A stretch of DNA of 64,000 nt from the human T2T-CHM13v2.0 reference genome, Homo sapiens: NCBI RefSeq assembly GCF_009914755.1, contig NC_060928.1; one strand, 5' to 3'. The translations under genes were made by a program, and so were the position numbers. Positions 1 through 13,781 of this stretch are shown here, one piece after another; the first letter of the stretch is position 1; each line of letters starts with the position of its first letter. The notes under the pieces are model-generated. The model was given only the letters and a program-made list of their open reading frames with translations. It searched no databases and had not been told where the DNA came from.

Positions 1-110
1 GCCCATTTTACAGTCATGAAGACTGAGCCTGAGGCAGAGTGACCTGCAGACCCAGGGTTACATAGCCCTGGCAGGGACTCGGGTGCGGCCCAGCTCACCT
101 TGAGTTTACT

Positions 111-406
111 TTTTTTATTTTTTTTTTGAGACAGAGTCTTGCTGTGTCACCCAGGCTGCAGTGCAATGGCATGATCTCGGCTCACTGCAACCTGTCTCCC
201 GGGTTCAAGCGACTCTCCTGCCTCAGCCTCCCGAGAAGCTGAGGTTACAGGCACACACTACCAGCCTGGCTAATTTTTGTATTTTTAGCAGAGACAGGGT
301 TTCACCATGTTGGCCAGGATGGTCCCGAAATCCTGACCTCAGGTGATCTGCCCGCCTCGGCCTCCCAAAGTGCTGGGATTACATGCATAAGCCACCGCGC
401 CTGGCC
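111..406 (-). mobile_element. Alu (S-type)
   Basis: Poly-T followed by gagacagagtcttgc...gccaccgcgcctggcc; TSD-like tgagtttact / tgagtttgct on either side. Confidence 0.97.
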
Positions 407-1808
407 TGAGTTTGCTTTTGTAAGCAGCCTTGAGCATTTTCTGCTGTCCCTGGAAGGGGGCCCAGCTCTGCTCGGCAGTTGTCCAGGGCCGGCTGCGCTA
501 ACAAACACCAGATCCAGAGCTGGGGGTCTCATCTTCAGTGAAATCAGCCACAGCAAAAGGTGTTGGCAGGTGCAGGTTTCCTGAAAGCCTAGGGCTGATA
601 GGGAAGCAATTGCCTCTTGCTGAAAGCATTTTCTCTTGGAAATCTCAACCTGTCCACTCTCCTCTGGAGAAGCGGGGAGCAGAGGCCATACGGCCATAAC
701 CAGACCTTGTCCTTCCCTGCTTCACCCCAGAAGGCACCCTGGGCTGGGATCCGAGCTTGGACTCCATCCCTTTCCCAGTTTCCATCTCGCCTCGAGGCAG
801 CCCTCTGTGCTGGGCCGAGGCTTGCATAGCCGTCAAATGGAGCCTCAAAGTGGCTGAGGGTCACAAAAAACATCTGTGACGCTGCTGACCCCAGTGTGGG
901 TTCAGTCATTCAGCCTTATGGGGTCCTCGTGGCCCCGGGTACAGCCTTCCTCACTTCAGAGAGAAAGGGCTTTGAAAGCTTCTCTGGCTCACAGATCGTC
1001 AGGGCCTCACTACTCGAGCAGAAAACGCTGAATGGATTCAAAGCTGAATATTTGGTGCTGTTCTAACCCATCTCTTCTTGATGATCTGAGTTCCAAGATG
1101 TTCTCTGGAACATCATTCCTGCAAGGCTTCTCTGAAAAAAGGACCCTGTGGCTGCTGAAGCCTGGGAGATGCCATACACTGGGCCCATCCCCACCACTAG
1201 AGATCTGTGTCGACCCTGAGCAAATTAACCGCCCTGACCTCCCTGCAGAGACGGCCTTCACTGCAGTGAGCCCAGCCTGGCATGTTCCGAACTCACGGGA
1301 CTCAGACCCCTTTCCCCATCACTTTTCTTGTTCGGGGTCCCCTCAGGAGACAGAAACCACCCATCGTTCTAACAGAGAGTCCCGTGTAGAGAAGGGGTAG
1401 CTTGGTATTGAGGGATGGAAAGGCAGAGGGACTCTGAGACGCCATGGAGTAGCAACCTTGGGAAGCCGCTGCCACCCCAGGGCTGGGAAAACATGGCGAA
1501 GCAGAAGGAATTACTCCAACTAGGCAGCTCAGAAGAGGGGCGGTGGAGTTGGGCCCCCGATGACTGAGGGCCTGTGGGCTATGCCTGTTTCTGAAGGGCC
1601 AGGAGGTTGGCCCAGTGAGCGTAGGGATACCACTAACAGAAGGAGGAAGGAATTTCCCCTGCTGCGGTGAAGAGCATTGCCATGGTGACATTCCTGCCAG
1701 GCCAGCTCCCCCTAGCTCTGCCTGGGAGCAGAGCCCACTAAGTCAACGGTGGTTTTTCCTGCAGATATAAATTACTGCTATGACCCAATAGATTTACCTC
1801 TTAGAACT

Positions 1809-2020
1809 TGTTCTGCAGTGGGCAGGTCTATGCAAACCTCCCCCAAAAGTCTGGGAAAGCTGAGAGGCTGACATATCCCATTTCTGAGAAAGGAACATTT
1901 AACATAGCCTTAGGGACATAAGACGCATCTGTGTGTTGGATGGTGGTGATGCAAGATGGTGGCTCCCTACACCAGAACCCCCTGACCCAGCACTTAGATG
2001 CCATAGCGAAAGGTATGCAG
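1809..2020 (-). mobile_element. Partial LTR (3' end), LTR47-like; inverted duplicate of the LTR at 2434-2811
   Basis: Reverse complement of about 2605-2811, e.g. tgttctgcagtgggcag...tatgcaaacct vs aggtttgcata...cccactgcagaaca. Confidence 0.8.
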
Positions 2021-2024
2021 CCCT

Positions 2025-2362
2025 TTGCTGGTTCCTTCTGAAGCTGCAAGGGAGAATCTGTTCCCAGCCTCGCTCCGGCTCCTGGGGCGGCTGGTGGTCC
2101 CCCATGTTCCTTGGCTTGAGGAGGCATCACCCCAACTTGTGTCTTCATCTTTACCTGGCATCTCCTGTGTGTGTCTGTAACCAGATTTCCCCCTTTTTAG
2201 GAAGACGCCAGTCATGCTGGATTAGGGCCCACCTGCGCCAGTGTGACCCCATCTTAACTACATTGACAGTGACCCTGTTTCCAAATAAGGTCCCATTCTG
2301 AGGTCCTGGGGGTTAGGATGTCAACATATGAATTTTGGAGAGACAAAATGCAACCCACAACA
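2025..2362 (-). mobile_element. MLT1 (C/B-like) MaLR LTR, 5' portion
   Basis: Typical antisense MLT1 text (ggattagggcccac, tttccaaataaggtc, caacccacaaca); stops at gctggttccttctg. Confidence 0.85.
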
Positions 2363-2433
2363 CTTCCTGCTCAGGACACAGAGTAAGTGGGAAAACCTTC
2401 CCCAGAGGGAAAACCTTCCCCAGCCTTCGGTAC

Positions 2434-2811
2434 TGTGGAGGCTGAAGGAACTCCGTCTTAGATGCTAATCTGCCACGTTGACTTCTCACTCACTCTGGTT
2501 CCAGGAAGGTCTCTAAGATCTCCAGTTTCTCTATTGTTCCTTGCGCTTACCATAAATCTTGCCCTTAGAGCAATTGTCCTACACATCCCTTCTGGAGCAC
2601 GTCTACCCTCTCCCTGTGGCATATAACCCCTGGGTCTGAGGTCACGGTTCAGGGAGCCACCCTCTTGTCTTGCGGCCCCCACTGAGACACAGATGCAGCT
2701 TCTGTTGCCCAGTCTCTGTTAAATGTTCCTTTCTGAGAAACTGGGTATGTCAGCCTGTCTGCTTTCTTGGACTTTTGGGGTAGGTTTGCATAACTTGCCC
2801 ACTGCAGAACA
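2434..2811 (+). mobile_element. Solo LTR, LTR47-like
   Basis: TG...CA termini (tgtggaggctgaagg...actgcagaaca) and an internal TATA-like catataa; family name from memory. Confidence 0.75.
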
Positions 2812-2865
2812 AGTTCCAAGAGGTAAATCTATAAGGTTAGGCAGTAATTTATTGCTGCAAAGTTT

Positions 2866-2963
2866 CTGACTTCTGGCATCCTGAACTGTGAGACAATCAA
2901 ATTCTGTTGTTTGAGCCACCTAGTTGGTGGTGTTTGTTATGGCAGCCATAGGAGGCTAAAACA
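2866..2963 (+). mobile_element. MLT1 LTR 3' end, the missing part of 2025-2362 but on the opposite strand
   Basis: gacttctggcatcctgaactgtgagacaat...ttgttatggcagccataggaggctaaaaca matches the MLT1 3' terminus. Confidence 0.85.
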
Positions 2964-3780
2964 GGAAAATTACAGTGATTGAGGACAAATAAAGGCCTGG
3001 ATTCTTGGTTTGCCTGTTTGGAGTTTCAACTATTGAAGAAACGGTTGTTAGACAAGAGTACGAGAGAGATTTCCATTCCAGCAGATTCACAGAGGAGCTA
3101 TTCAGAGAAGGACCGTCATTGCAGAGTTCCCAATGGTAGATGAATTACAGTAGGTATGCTTTTAAATGCATTGCTGAATTTCCAGCAAAAGTACAAGTAC
3201 ACTCACCCTTTCACTCAGCAATGCCACTTCTAGGAATGTACTCCAAAGACACGCTGGCAAGGTCACAAAGCAATTTCTGCACAAGGCTACTCATGACAGG
3301 ATTATTTGTCTGAGTTCCAGCATTGGGAATGATTGACACATCCTCCTGAGTAGATTCAGGTTTTCACATCATTGGCAGGAACATCACAGGCAGGATGCTG
3401 TGTTGTTCTCATTGCACCTGACCATGTGGCTCACCAATGGCATTTGTCCCATTACTGGGGATATTAACTTTGATCACTAGATTAATTAAGGTAGTGTCTG
3501 TCAGCCATCCCCACTATACTCTTTTTTTTTTCTTTTTGTAATTCACAAGTAATTTGTAGGGAAGTGCTCTGGGACTATGTGAATGTCCCATTCCTCATCC
3601 TGCTTACAGTTAACCATTCATTAATTTAGGAAAGTAGGGTCCCCTGGATTCCTATTTCACCTGTCGGTGCTAATCCATCACCAGCATCATTTTCCTGCTT
3701 AAGTCGTCCTCCATCTGGTCAGCAGGAGCCCCTTCACGGTGGCCCCTGTGTCCGTGCGGCACATCCCTCTCATTCCTTGA

Positions 3781-4419
<639 letters not shown>

Positions 4420-5369
4420 TGTGTCTTTACTTTCTAACACAGCAGGGTGAGTCCAATTTACCTTTGTCCTGTCCCTGGCCCAGTGTCAGGATCAGACATT
4501 TCTCCAAGGATCTTGGTTCTTTTTAAGGGAGGGCGGTGATTAGAAACCAAGATCTGGGGGCTAAACATGCTCATGGCTGTTGGGGTGTTGCTGCTCCGAG
4601 GCATCTCCATGAGCAGAGGTAGGAAATGTATGTGTGTTTACTTACATAGGTACAAGTACACATATACATGCGTTTATGTGCACACGCATCTCTGTGTATT
4701 TCAGCATCTATCTGTGTTACTACCGTGCCTTCACACCAAGGACCCTGTTCAAATCCAGCACTGCAGGGGTAGTTCTTGTTTTCTCCCTTTCTCTGTGTCT
4801 GTAACTTCCTTTCCAGCAAGAAACCTGGCTTTCATTGTCCTCAACATATTTATTTATTTGGTTATTCCCCCAAGGGAATTCAGTCTCCCTAGCTCCCGAC
4901 TCTTGCCCCCATGCCGTGGGGGAAACCCGGCTCTGTGCTTGGGCTCTCAGACCCTGCGCTGGGCTGTCATTTGCACCACTCCATGGGCAGGCACCCTTCT
5001 CATCCAGCCAGAACCAACCCACTGCACTGGGCCAGAGCCTCCACCCTCGACCTGCTGCTTCTCCTCACCTGCCAGGCTGCCCACCAGCACCCATGAGTTA
5101 CCCTCCTTGCCCCTCGGTGGCTTCCTACGCTGGGCCACTGCATCCACCTCACCTCTGAACTGAGGTGTTCAGGTGGGACAGGCAGGGAGAGGAAGAACAG
5201 CAAAGTCTTCTCAGGCTCTCCTTGGAAGCGAACAGTGCCTCCACCACTGGTCCAGGTCATAGCCAGCCGCGGCCACCCCCGCAACAAGGAGTGGGAAGAT
5301 GGACCCTGCCTCTTGGTGAGACAAGCAGCAGAATCCTATGGCAGACTCTTGTCCTCTCCTTGGACAGGA

Positions 5370-5627
5370 GAGACAGAGAGAAAAGGGGCGGAGGCCATGT
5401 GGAGATGGAAGCAGAGATGAGTGATGTGGCCACGAGCTGAGGGATGCCCACAGCTACCAAGACCTGGAACCAGCAGGAAGGAGCCTCCTCTGAGCCTCAG
5501 GAGGGAGCACAGCCTTGCCACCCCTGGATTTTAGACTTCCGGCTGTCAGAACTGTGAGAATTGAGTTCTTGTTGAAAGTCCCCTGGTTTGTGATAATTTG
5601 CTGTGGCATCCACAGGGTACTAACACA
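5370..5627 (+). mobile_element. MLT1 MaLR LTR, 3' part
   Basis: ggccatgtggagatggaagcagagat...gattttagacttcc...cagaactgtgaga...ctaacaca. Confidence 0.85.
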
Positions 5628-6594
5628 TCCTTAAACTTCTCCTCCCTGTTTCCCAGTCTGGGCCCCTCCCACATAGGGCCAGGGCGAGCAGAGGTCCTGT
5701 CTGGGACTGGGGCAGCAGAGACCCGGTGGTGAAGTGAGACATTAGGGTCAAGGGAGCTGGGTGAGCCCTTCATGTCGCTGAGCCTCGGTTTTCTCTCCTG
5801 TATAATGGACACACTCCTTCTTCTCTCAGCCTGGACAGACGCTGTGAGGCCATGGCTGTGGCAGCCCCTGTGCACCCCCAAGAAGGGGTCAAGTTGCCAT
5901 CTGTGGAGTTCAGATCCTACCTCCCTGTATTCCAAGGCTTTCCTGGCCCTCGGGCCTTCCTGGGTGGAACTGCAGTCTCCCTGGGAAGGTCTGCACTCTG
6001 TCTCTTCCAGGTCCTATTCTGCTCCCCACTCCCTAACCCCACTCCTAGACTTCCAGATGCCCCAGCTGTGTTGTAGGGAAACAGACTGCAAAAGAAAACC
6101 AGAGCATGTTTCCCAGAACAACGGGAAGGCCAGAGAAAGGAGCTTCCTTAGACAAACCTGCACGACTGTTTCAATTCCCAGTTAATTCCAGCGTGGAGAC
6201 AGCTCGGAGCTGCTGGGTGTCGCTGCCTGACTCTAAGTGTGTTGCTTCAGTGGCCTCCTCCGTGCAGCGGTGGGTCGGGGGTTGTCTGGATGCAGCCTGC
6301 ACGGTGCTGGCAGGATGACATCTCCCCCGTCAGGTACGTAACACATATCTGTTCCGGTCCCTGCCACATAGCCTTTGAGCTTTGGTTTTGGCTCACGAAT
6401 TGCAGAGGTGGTAATGCCCATGGGCAGCGGGTGGCTGGGATGATGGAATGAAATGAAGAGGGTTTGTGTAGCGGAAGCTGTCAGCAAATCAGCCATTCAC
6501 GGCAACGGTGTTGACCCCCACTGTGGAGTGGACGCTTCGTACGTTGCTCAAGATTCTACAGGGATTTGTTTAATTCTTATGGCAAACTCCTGGG

Positions 6595-6735
6595 GGTGGA
6601 TGCTGTCATGATTCCCACTGTATAGACAAGGAAACTGAGGCACAGAGAGGGCAAGCCGCTTGCCCAAGGCCACACAGCCAGCGAGTGGCCCAGGCTGAAT
6701 GCAAGCCAGGCAGCCTGGCCACAAAGCTCGTGCTC
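6595..6735 (-). mobile_element. MIR
   Basis: MIR core ggaaactgaggcacagagaggg...cttgcccaaggccacacagc. Confidence 0.85.
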
Positions 6736-8139
6736 AGGACCCACCGTGCTTGTCACGGAGATGTGCAGAGGGAGGACTGCAGAGTGGGGTTTCGCACAGC
6801 TGCCCCCGGCCACAGGCACCCAAGACCCCCCGTAACGCAGCACCTACTTGTCCTCTCAAAGGCAGCGGTCAGACCTTCCAGCAGAAAGAGCATCAAGCAC
6901 CTCAGCCGCCACACCTCCCACCGGCTTTCCCCTCCTGGCATCTCTGAGAGCCCCGCCTTGCCAGGACTTGTGGGCTGGTGCAAGCTTTGGAGACAGGTAG
7001 AGGGGATTTGCCACTGGGTCACTGTCCGGAACCCTGGGGACCACAGAGGCCAAGGAAGCAAGGCTCAGGTGGTCTGGAGGTCAGGCCCCTCACAGCTGCA
7101 GCCCCCCAACACAGCTTTGTGCTCTGACCCACCCTCTGTGGTCTCCAGCCCGGCCCCTCCCCAGGGCACCCGGAGTGCCGGGGATGCTGTCACCAGAGGT
7201 AGAGCCCTCAGGTGCGGCGGGGACGAGAGACAGCCTGGCCCTCTGCCCACGCTTCCAGGACCTTCCAGGATCCTGCAGCTCCTCAGACAGGTGGGCCCAT
7301 CTTGCGCCAATCTGTGCCTGGCCGCCCTCGGGGCCCACCTGCGTCTTTGAAGGCCTCTATCCTCGGGCGGGTCACGGCCCAGGCCGACGCTCTCTGAAGC
7401 ACCTGGGGTTCTGCGGTGTGTCTCTGGTGGGCTGCGTTTGTTCTTTGATGCTGAGAGGAGTTTGGGGTGAGGGGCCGGGGCCACCTGATGCACGGTGGAC
7501 ACCTGAGGGCTGACTGCTAATCATTCCCACATCCCTGCATTCCAAGTCAGAGAGTCCAAAAGCCCAGCCCACAGGGGTTCGAAAGGAACCTGCTAGAACT
7601 GGACAGGTCCACACTTGGCAGCAGTCTCTCCCCTCACCCTGGACAGATGCCGGCCAGGCACCCTCAGGCCCCGTGCCTCTGCTCCCGGCCATGGTCATGC
7701 GGATTCGCAGCAGCCTCCATCCCGTGCATCCCCCCAAATGTGCAACACACCCGCTTTCTTCTCTCCCATCCCCCTTCCTTCTTGCCTCCCTCCCTCCCTT
7801 CCTCTCTTCCTTCCTTCCTTCCTGTTTTGCTTTAAATACTGTATCTGTATCAAAGGATTGCATGTGCCTGGTTCAATATTGGTATTAAGGCTCATAACGA
7901 AACACAGGCACGTGGCCCTGCCCCTGCCCCGCACATCTGTGGTGGGCTTCCCGCTGGAATATTCCCCCTCATGGCTCTTCTCACCTTAGTCCTACAATCC
8001 TTCCGACTTCTGCTCAGGGGTCACTGCCTCCAGGAAGCCTTCCTGCACCCTTCTCCTAGCCCCGAGAGCACTTGCCCCGATGCAGCTTCATATCCCAATG
8101 GCTGGGGAGGGGTGAGGGCACAGAGCCTGGTGATGGCTG

Positions 8140-8280
8140 GGCCGTCTGGATAACCCAGGGCCATGTCCTCACCTCATGTCCGAATTCGCTTCGCAAAGTT
8201 CCTTTTGCCACGGGAGGTACGAGGTTCCAGGGATTAGGACATGGACGTCATTACAGGGAGGGCTTTATTCAGCTACATGA
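8140..8280 (-). mobile_element. MLT1 fragment (5' end)
   Basis: ggataacccagg...ccttttgcca...aggttccagggattaggacatggac. Confidence 0.65.
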
Positions 8281-10012
8281 ATAGACAAGGGGTTGAGCGA
8301 ATGAGGGATGAAAGGCGACATTTGGGGCCTGTTTTCTCCCTCCTTCCCATCTTCCCATTCTGGAGCCTGGCTTTGTGACGGGGGCTGCCGAGGAACCCTC
8401 CCCGCGGACAGGGCTGGGAGACAGACAGAGAGCATCTTCCAGCTACGGCCTCCCCAGGCTTAAATTTCCAACCGGTAGATGACCTGCAGTCAGATGTCTT
8501 GAGGCTACTGGATTCTCCCCAGGGTGGCAGGCCTGGCCCTCGGGCCATGAAGGTGGGGTTGTGTCCAGCCCTGCCCTGCCTTCCCCCTTGTGTCCAGGGA
8601 ACAGCCAAGCCAAGGGAGGCCAGGGGCACAGGGTGGACTCACCCCAGGTGTTGGTCCCGTGCCTCGGTGCTCCTGAGAAGCCCAGCAGAGCTGCGGATTG
8701 TGGCATCTTCACGCACTTACGGGTGAGGAACGGAGCCGCTGGTCCCAGCCCCGCCGGGCTGCCAGGAGGGCAGCTGCTTCATGTGGTCCCCAGACCTGGG
8801 CTGGAGGGCAGGCTGCACCATTTGGGTGGAAGGCAAGGAACCAGCCAGTGCTCTGTGATCTGTGCTAGGATTCTGGGACCCAAAACAGCAGCCTCTGGTT
8901 TGCAGCCAAGCCTGCAGGAGCGCCAGCCACTGGACCCGCCTCCTAACCCGGGCTGCACCTTGCCAGCTCATGCTCTGAGCTGCACTTCACACCAGAGGAT
9001 GATAAGAACAGAGAGGCAAGGGGAGCTGCCTGGGGTGACCAGGCTGGGTGGCAGTATGGCTGGGATTAGCACCCACGCCTGTTCTCCTCATGCCCATGTT
9101 CCTTCATCATGCCAGGGACGTCTCCCTTCTTCTTCCTCAGAGATCCCCAGTTCAGGCTGTGTCCCGCCCCCAGCGTGTTCCTGCAGGAGGGGGGCTCCTG
9201 CCTGAGATCCCTTCCGGTGGCAGAAATGTAACCGCCAGTCCCTCCACCCAGGGAGCAGGGTGCCCATGTACCCCAGTTTTTCCTCCTGGGAAGGGGGCCA
9301 GACCCCTGCCTGATGCCTGGAAGACCTTGTCACCTGGGTGGGACCGACACGGACGGGGCAGTGACAGTTACTGTGTGCCGCTGTGCTGCAGAAAGTGTGA
9401 GTGTCCATGCCCTGCCGATGAAAACCATCGGATTTATTCAGCAAAGTGAAGCTGTCGAGGTCGGGCAGGTGGCTGTGGACAGAGGTGAGGACCGAGGCTG
9501 TACCCTCCCGAGAAACCGCCGCAGTGAGGAGAGGAGCCCGGCCCCGGGGAGGCTGCCAGCCGCTCTGGACCAGGCCCTGTGCTGGGCGGGGGCCTGGACC
9601 CGGCTCCTGCAGACCTGCTGTCCCACATGGTGGAGCACTTAGCCAACTCGGGTTCTTCTAGAAGACTTGACGGATGGGCTGGGACGCCCCACTCCCCACA
9701 GAGCTGCTCAGGCCGCGATGCTCCACGTGCCAGAGCTCCTCGGTAGACGCTCCGACACCTGGGCGCCACAGACAGACGGACAGGATGAGGCAAGAGGCTT
9801 CACACAGCAGGTAGCGCTCCAGCGTGCCCTCTGCACTCTAATTTGCCCAGACAGTTTGGAGTGTTTCAGTGACTCAGGTGAGGAATCACAGACCCGCGGC
9901 TTCAGTTCACATCAAAGGGGCTCTATTGTCAGCTTTAAATTTATCTCTTAAAGAGCCAAGAAAAAAGTCAGATAAAATGGCAAGAATGCGCAAGAAAGGC
10001 AAGAAAAGGTGA

Positions 10013-10549
<537 letters not shown>

Positions 10550-10992
10550 TAGTAATGAGTTGTGAAGTCAAAACGAAAAGAAAACAGCTTTAAAAAACCA
10601 TCAGGAGTCAAAAACAGCTTTCAGCCTCACCGTAAGGGAAGCTGGAACTAATAATATCTTTCCAGTGTTTACTTAGAGAATGATGTCACGGCACCGTCTC
10701 GTGGGGGCAGACAGAGGCACACAGGGCAGAGCCCTGAGAAATCCACTTTACCACTTGCCAGGCAGGTAAGAAGTAGCACGTCGCATTTTCAATATGCACA
10801 CTGTTTGTTAATTTTTATAAATGTGTGACATTTTGTGATTCTTTCTACTTGTAAGTAAATGTTCACCTTTGTTCTCAATTCTGCACTCATAATTTTGCAT
10901 TGTTTTCTTAAGGAGTGACCCGAATGATATCTGAGTCGGTCTGCATGATGCCCCACCAGCCTCTGTCTGCACTCTGGGTGTTGGTGTTGGTG

Positions 10993-11098
10993 GGGGCAGA
11001 ATGGAAAGGACCCCTAGGAAGCATGGCCGAGATGCCCACGCGAGGGGAGCGGAATGGAAAGGACCCCTGGGAAGCGTGGCTGAGATGCCCACGCGAGG
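10993..11098. repeat. Tandem duplication, 2 x ~53 bp
   Basis: gaatggaaaggacccct[a/g]ggaagc[a/g]tggc[c/t]gagatgcccacgcgagg occurs twice. Confidence 0.9.
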
Positions 11099-11594
11099 CA
11101 TCCACTGCCTTCCATGATGGTTGCTTTCCTCACGCTTGTGATACGGCCCCAGGCAACGGGACCTGACTGCTGCTCATGCCCTTGGCGTCGACTTCTGCCG
11201 CGGCCTGGCCGGGAGTGCTCTGCTGCCTGGGACCGTCTGGCTCACTCCAAGGGACTCGGCCAACAACACTCCTATCTTAGTGCCTTGTAGAGACAAGAAA
11301 AGGGGCACGGAAAGGAGAAACGGCCCTTGTGGGCCACACAGCAGGGTGGGCCCCGGGCTGTGCATGGTGATTCCCTGCCCGAGAGTGGGCAGCCTGCCAG
11401 CACAGGCAGTGGCAGGGGTGGGGGGGCGGGGGTGCTGCATGGAGACCAGGTCTCTGAACTCTTCCGTGCTGGCTGTAAGCTGGCTGTGCCACGCTCATCC
11501 CTTCACCCTTCTCTTCTCCAGAGCTTACCGGGCACCTGCTGCGGCCGTGTTGGGACTCGGCATTGGGGAGACAGCCCCTCCCTGCAGGGGGCTT

Positions 11595-11996
11595 GTCATC
11601 TGAAAAATGGTTCCCCTAAAGACATGCCCAGCAGAATCCCTGGAACTTGCAAATCCTGCCTGGTGTGGAGAGAGAATGTTTGCGATTAAGTGAAGGTTGT
11701 TGAGATGGGGAGATTATCCGGGATTATCCAGAAGCACCCAAAAATGCAATCTCCAGTGTCCCTGTGAGAGGGAGACAGAGGAAGAGGGACTCCTACAGGA
11801 GAGGAGGCCGTGTGGCCACAGAGGCAGAGATGAGTGATTTTCCACTGGAGCCTCCGGAGGGGGCGCGGCCCAGAGGTTTCAGCCCAGTGATGCCTACGTC
11901 AGACCTCGGGCTCGAGAACGGTGGGAGGACACACTTCTGTTGTTTGAAGCCATCCAGGAATAGGTCTGTCACAGCATTCACGGGAAACCAATACAT
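11595..11996 (+). mobile_element. MLT1D-like MaLR LTR with an internal deletion
   Basis: ttgagatggggagattatccgggattatcc...ggaaaccaataca. Confidence 0.85.
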
Positions 11997-13781
11997 CCCT
12001 AGTTGCCTGGGCTCCCAGTCGGGGAGGGAGCCTATTGCCTGCTGTTCCTCAAACACATCCCAGGCCTCCTGCTGCGGGGCCTTGGCATCAGCTGTGCCCT
12101 CTGCCCAAGACTCTTGGCTCAGCCCCCACAGCGGGCTCCACCTCTCGCTTAGGCCTTTGTCCCGACGTCCCCCTACCTTGATCACCCTCCACACCCCCCC
12201 ATCTTCTCCTTAGCACTTTTCTCCTGCCTCTGTCCCACACCGCCTGCTTGTTCCTCACGGTGGCCCGCTGTGACAGGGAGAAAGGAGAAAGGAAGCTGCT
12301 GCCAGATGCCTGGGAACCCCGGCTGGGCATCGGTTCCTCCAGTCCAGCCAGGACGGGGCATGGCCAGGCCTTGCATTTCGGGAGCTGCATCACCGAGTCA
12401 GGGTGTCAGGGTGTCAGGGTCTGAGCCGGCACGTGTCGCCAGGAGAAAAGTGTCTAAGGGCCACTAGAGCAGCGTGTGCCGGCCTTACACCCCCTGGAAG
12501 TGAGCGTGACTGTGCCCTCTCTCCTAGCATCTGCGTGCTGGCCAGCTGCCTGGCCTCTCCAAAAGCCTGGTCCCTGGTCTACAATGGAGACGTCATTCCC
12601 CTTGCTAGGCTCCTGTGGAGGCCCTGCAGGGAGTTGGCACATGGAAGCTTCCAGTAGCTGGCAGAATCGTCTTGCGTAAGGATCCATGTTCACCCACAGG
12701 TGCCCGTGGGCAGCTGAGCTGGGCGGCTGCAGCCACATGCGCTCCCACTTGGGCCCCTGGGGACCATCTGTTCCCCATTATATCTGGGGAGCTGACAGGA
12801 CGTATGGATGAGCCTCATGATCTCACCACCGCTGGGAGGGTGGAGTCCGGCAACCAATCAGCAGCCCTGGCCCATCCGCCCCGTGGCACTGGGAGGAACA
12901 GAGCGGGCGGGAGCGCAGTCAGGCTTTGCGGTCCAGACAGACTGAAACAATCATCATTCCCGGGATTTTTACACCTGGCCTCCCACAGACCTTGGCATCC
13001 CACTGCTGGCTGGGCTGGCCTGGCCACAGGCCTGGCGGGGGAGGCCATGTGGGCATCTCTGGCCTCTGAGTTCCTGCCCAGTCTCTCTGACTGGGGAGAC
13101 AGAAGGCAGGAGTGGACAGGGTGCTGGGCATCCCAACAGGGCCTTTGCCCAGTGCTCCCAGGAACGGAGCTTTCTCTTCCATGAAATAGGAGAAGTGATG
13201 CCTGCCAGGCTGGGGTACGTGGCTGTGAACCTCCGGTGGGGGAATGAAGGGAGCAGTGTGGTCACAGGGCTGAGCTTCCCCGAGGGGGCTCAGAGCAACA
13301 GACCCCCAGCAGCTGGCCCCCTCAGCCTTGTACCATTTGGCTGTGACTTTACATGGTCCCAAATCCAACTTTGCTCCCATTGGTGCTTTACACAAATTCC
13401 TAGTTGTTGGCTGATCAGACTGAACTTACACGCCTCTAGGGATGGGGTGCTCACTACCTCCTGAGGACTCTCTTCCACACTTGCACGGCTCTGACTGTTG
13501 TCTGCCTTCCCAGGACATCCATGCACCAGTCCTGGCTGTGTCCAGAGAGCCACAGGTGATGTCCTGGGGCCCCCATCCCCACATGGCCGCTCTTCAGCTA
13601 TGTGCAGGCAGCAGCCTGGCCCCCAGACCTTCTTTCTCCCATCCCTCTGGTGATGGGCATTTGGGCCTCTTCACTATCACTTCCCTCTGGCTGTGCTCTG
13701 GTCCCACAGAAGATGTTGCTGGAAATGGCAGAACACGGGGTCCAGCACTTCCCGTGGTGCTAGTGCAAAGGTGCAGCGAGT

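Noticed and set aside
10805-10950. AT-rich patch as a possible regulatory element
   Set aside because: Resembles an old DNA-transposon fragment; family not confidently assignable
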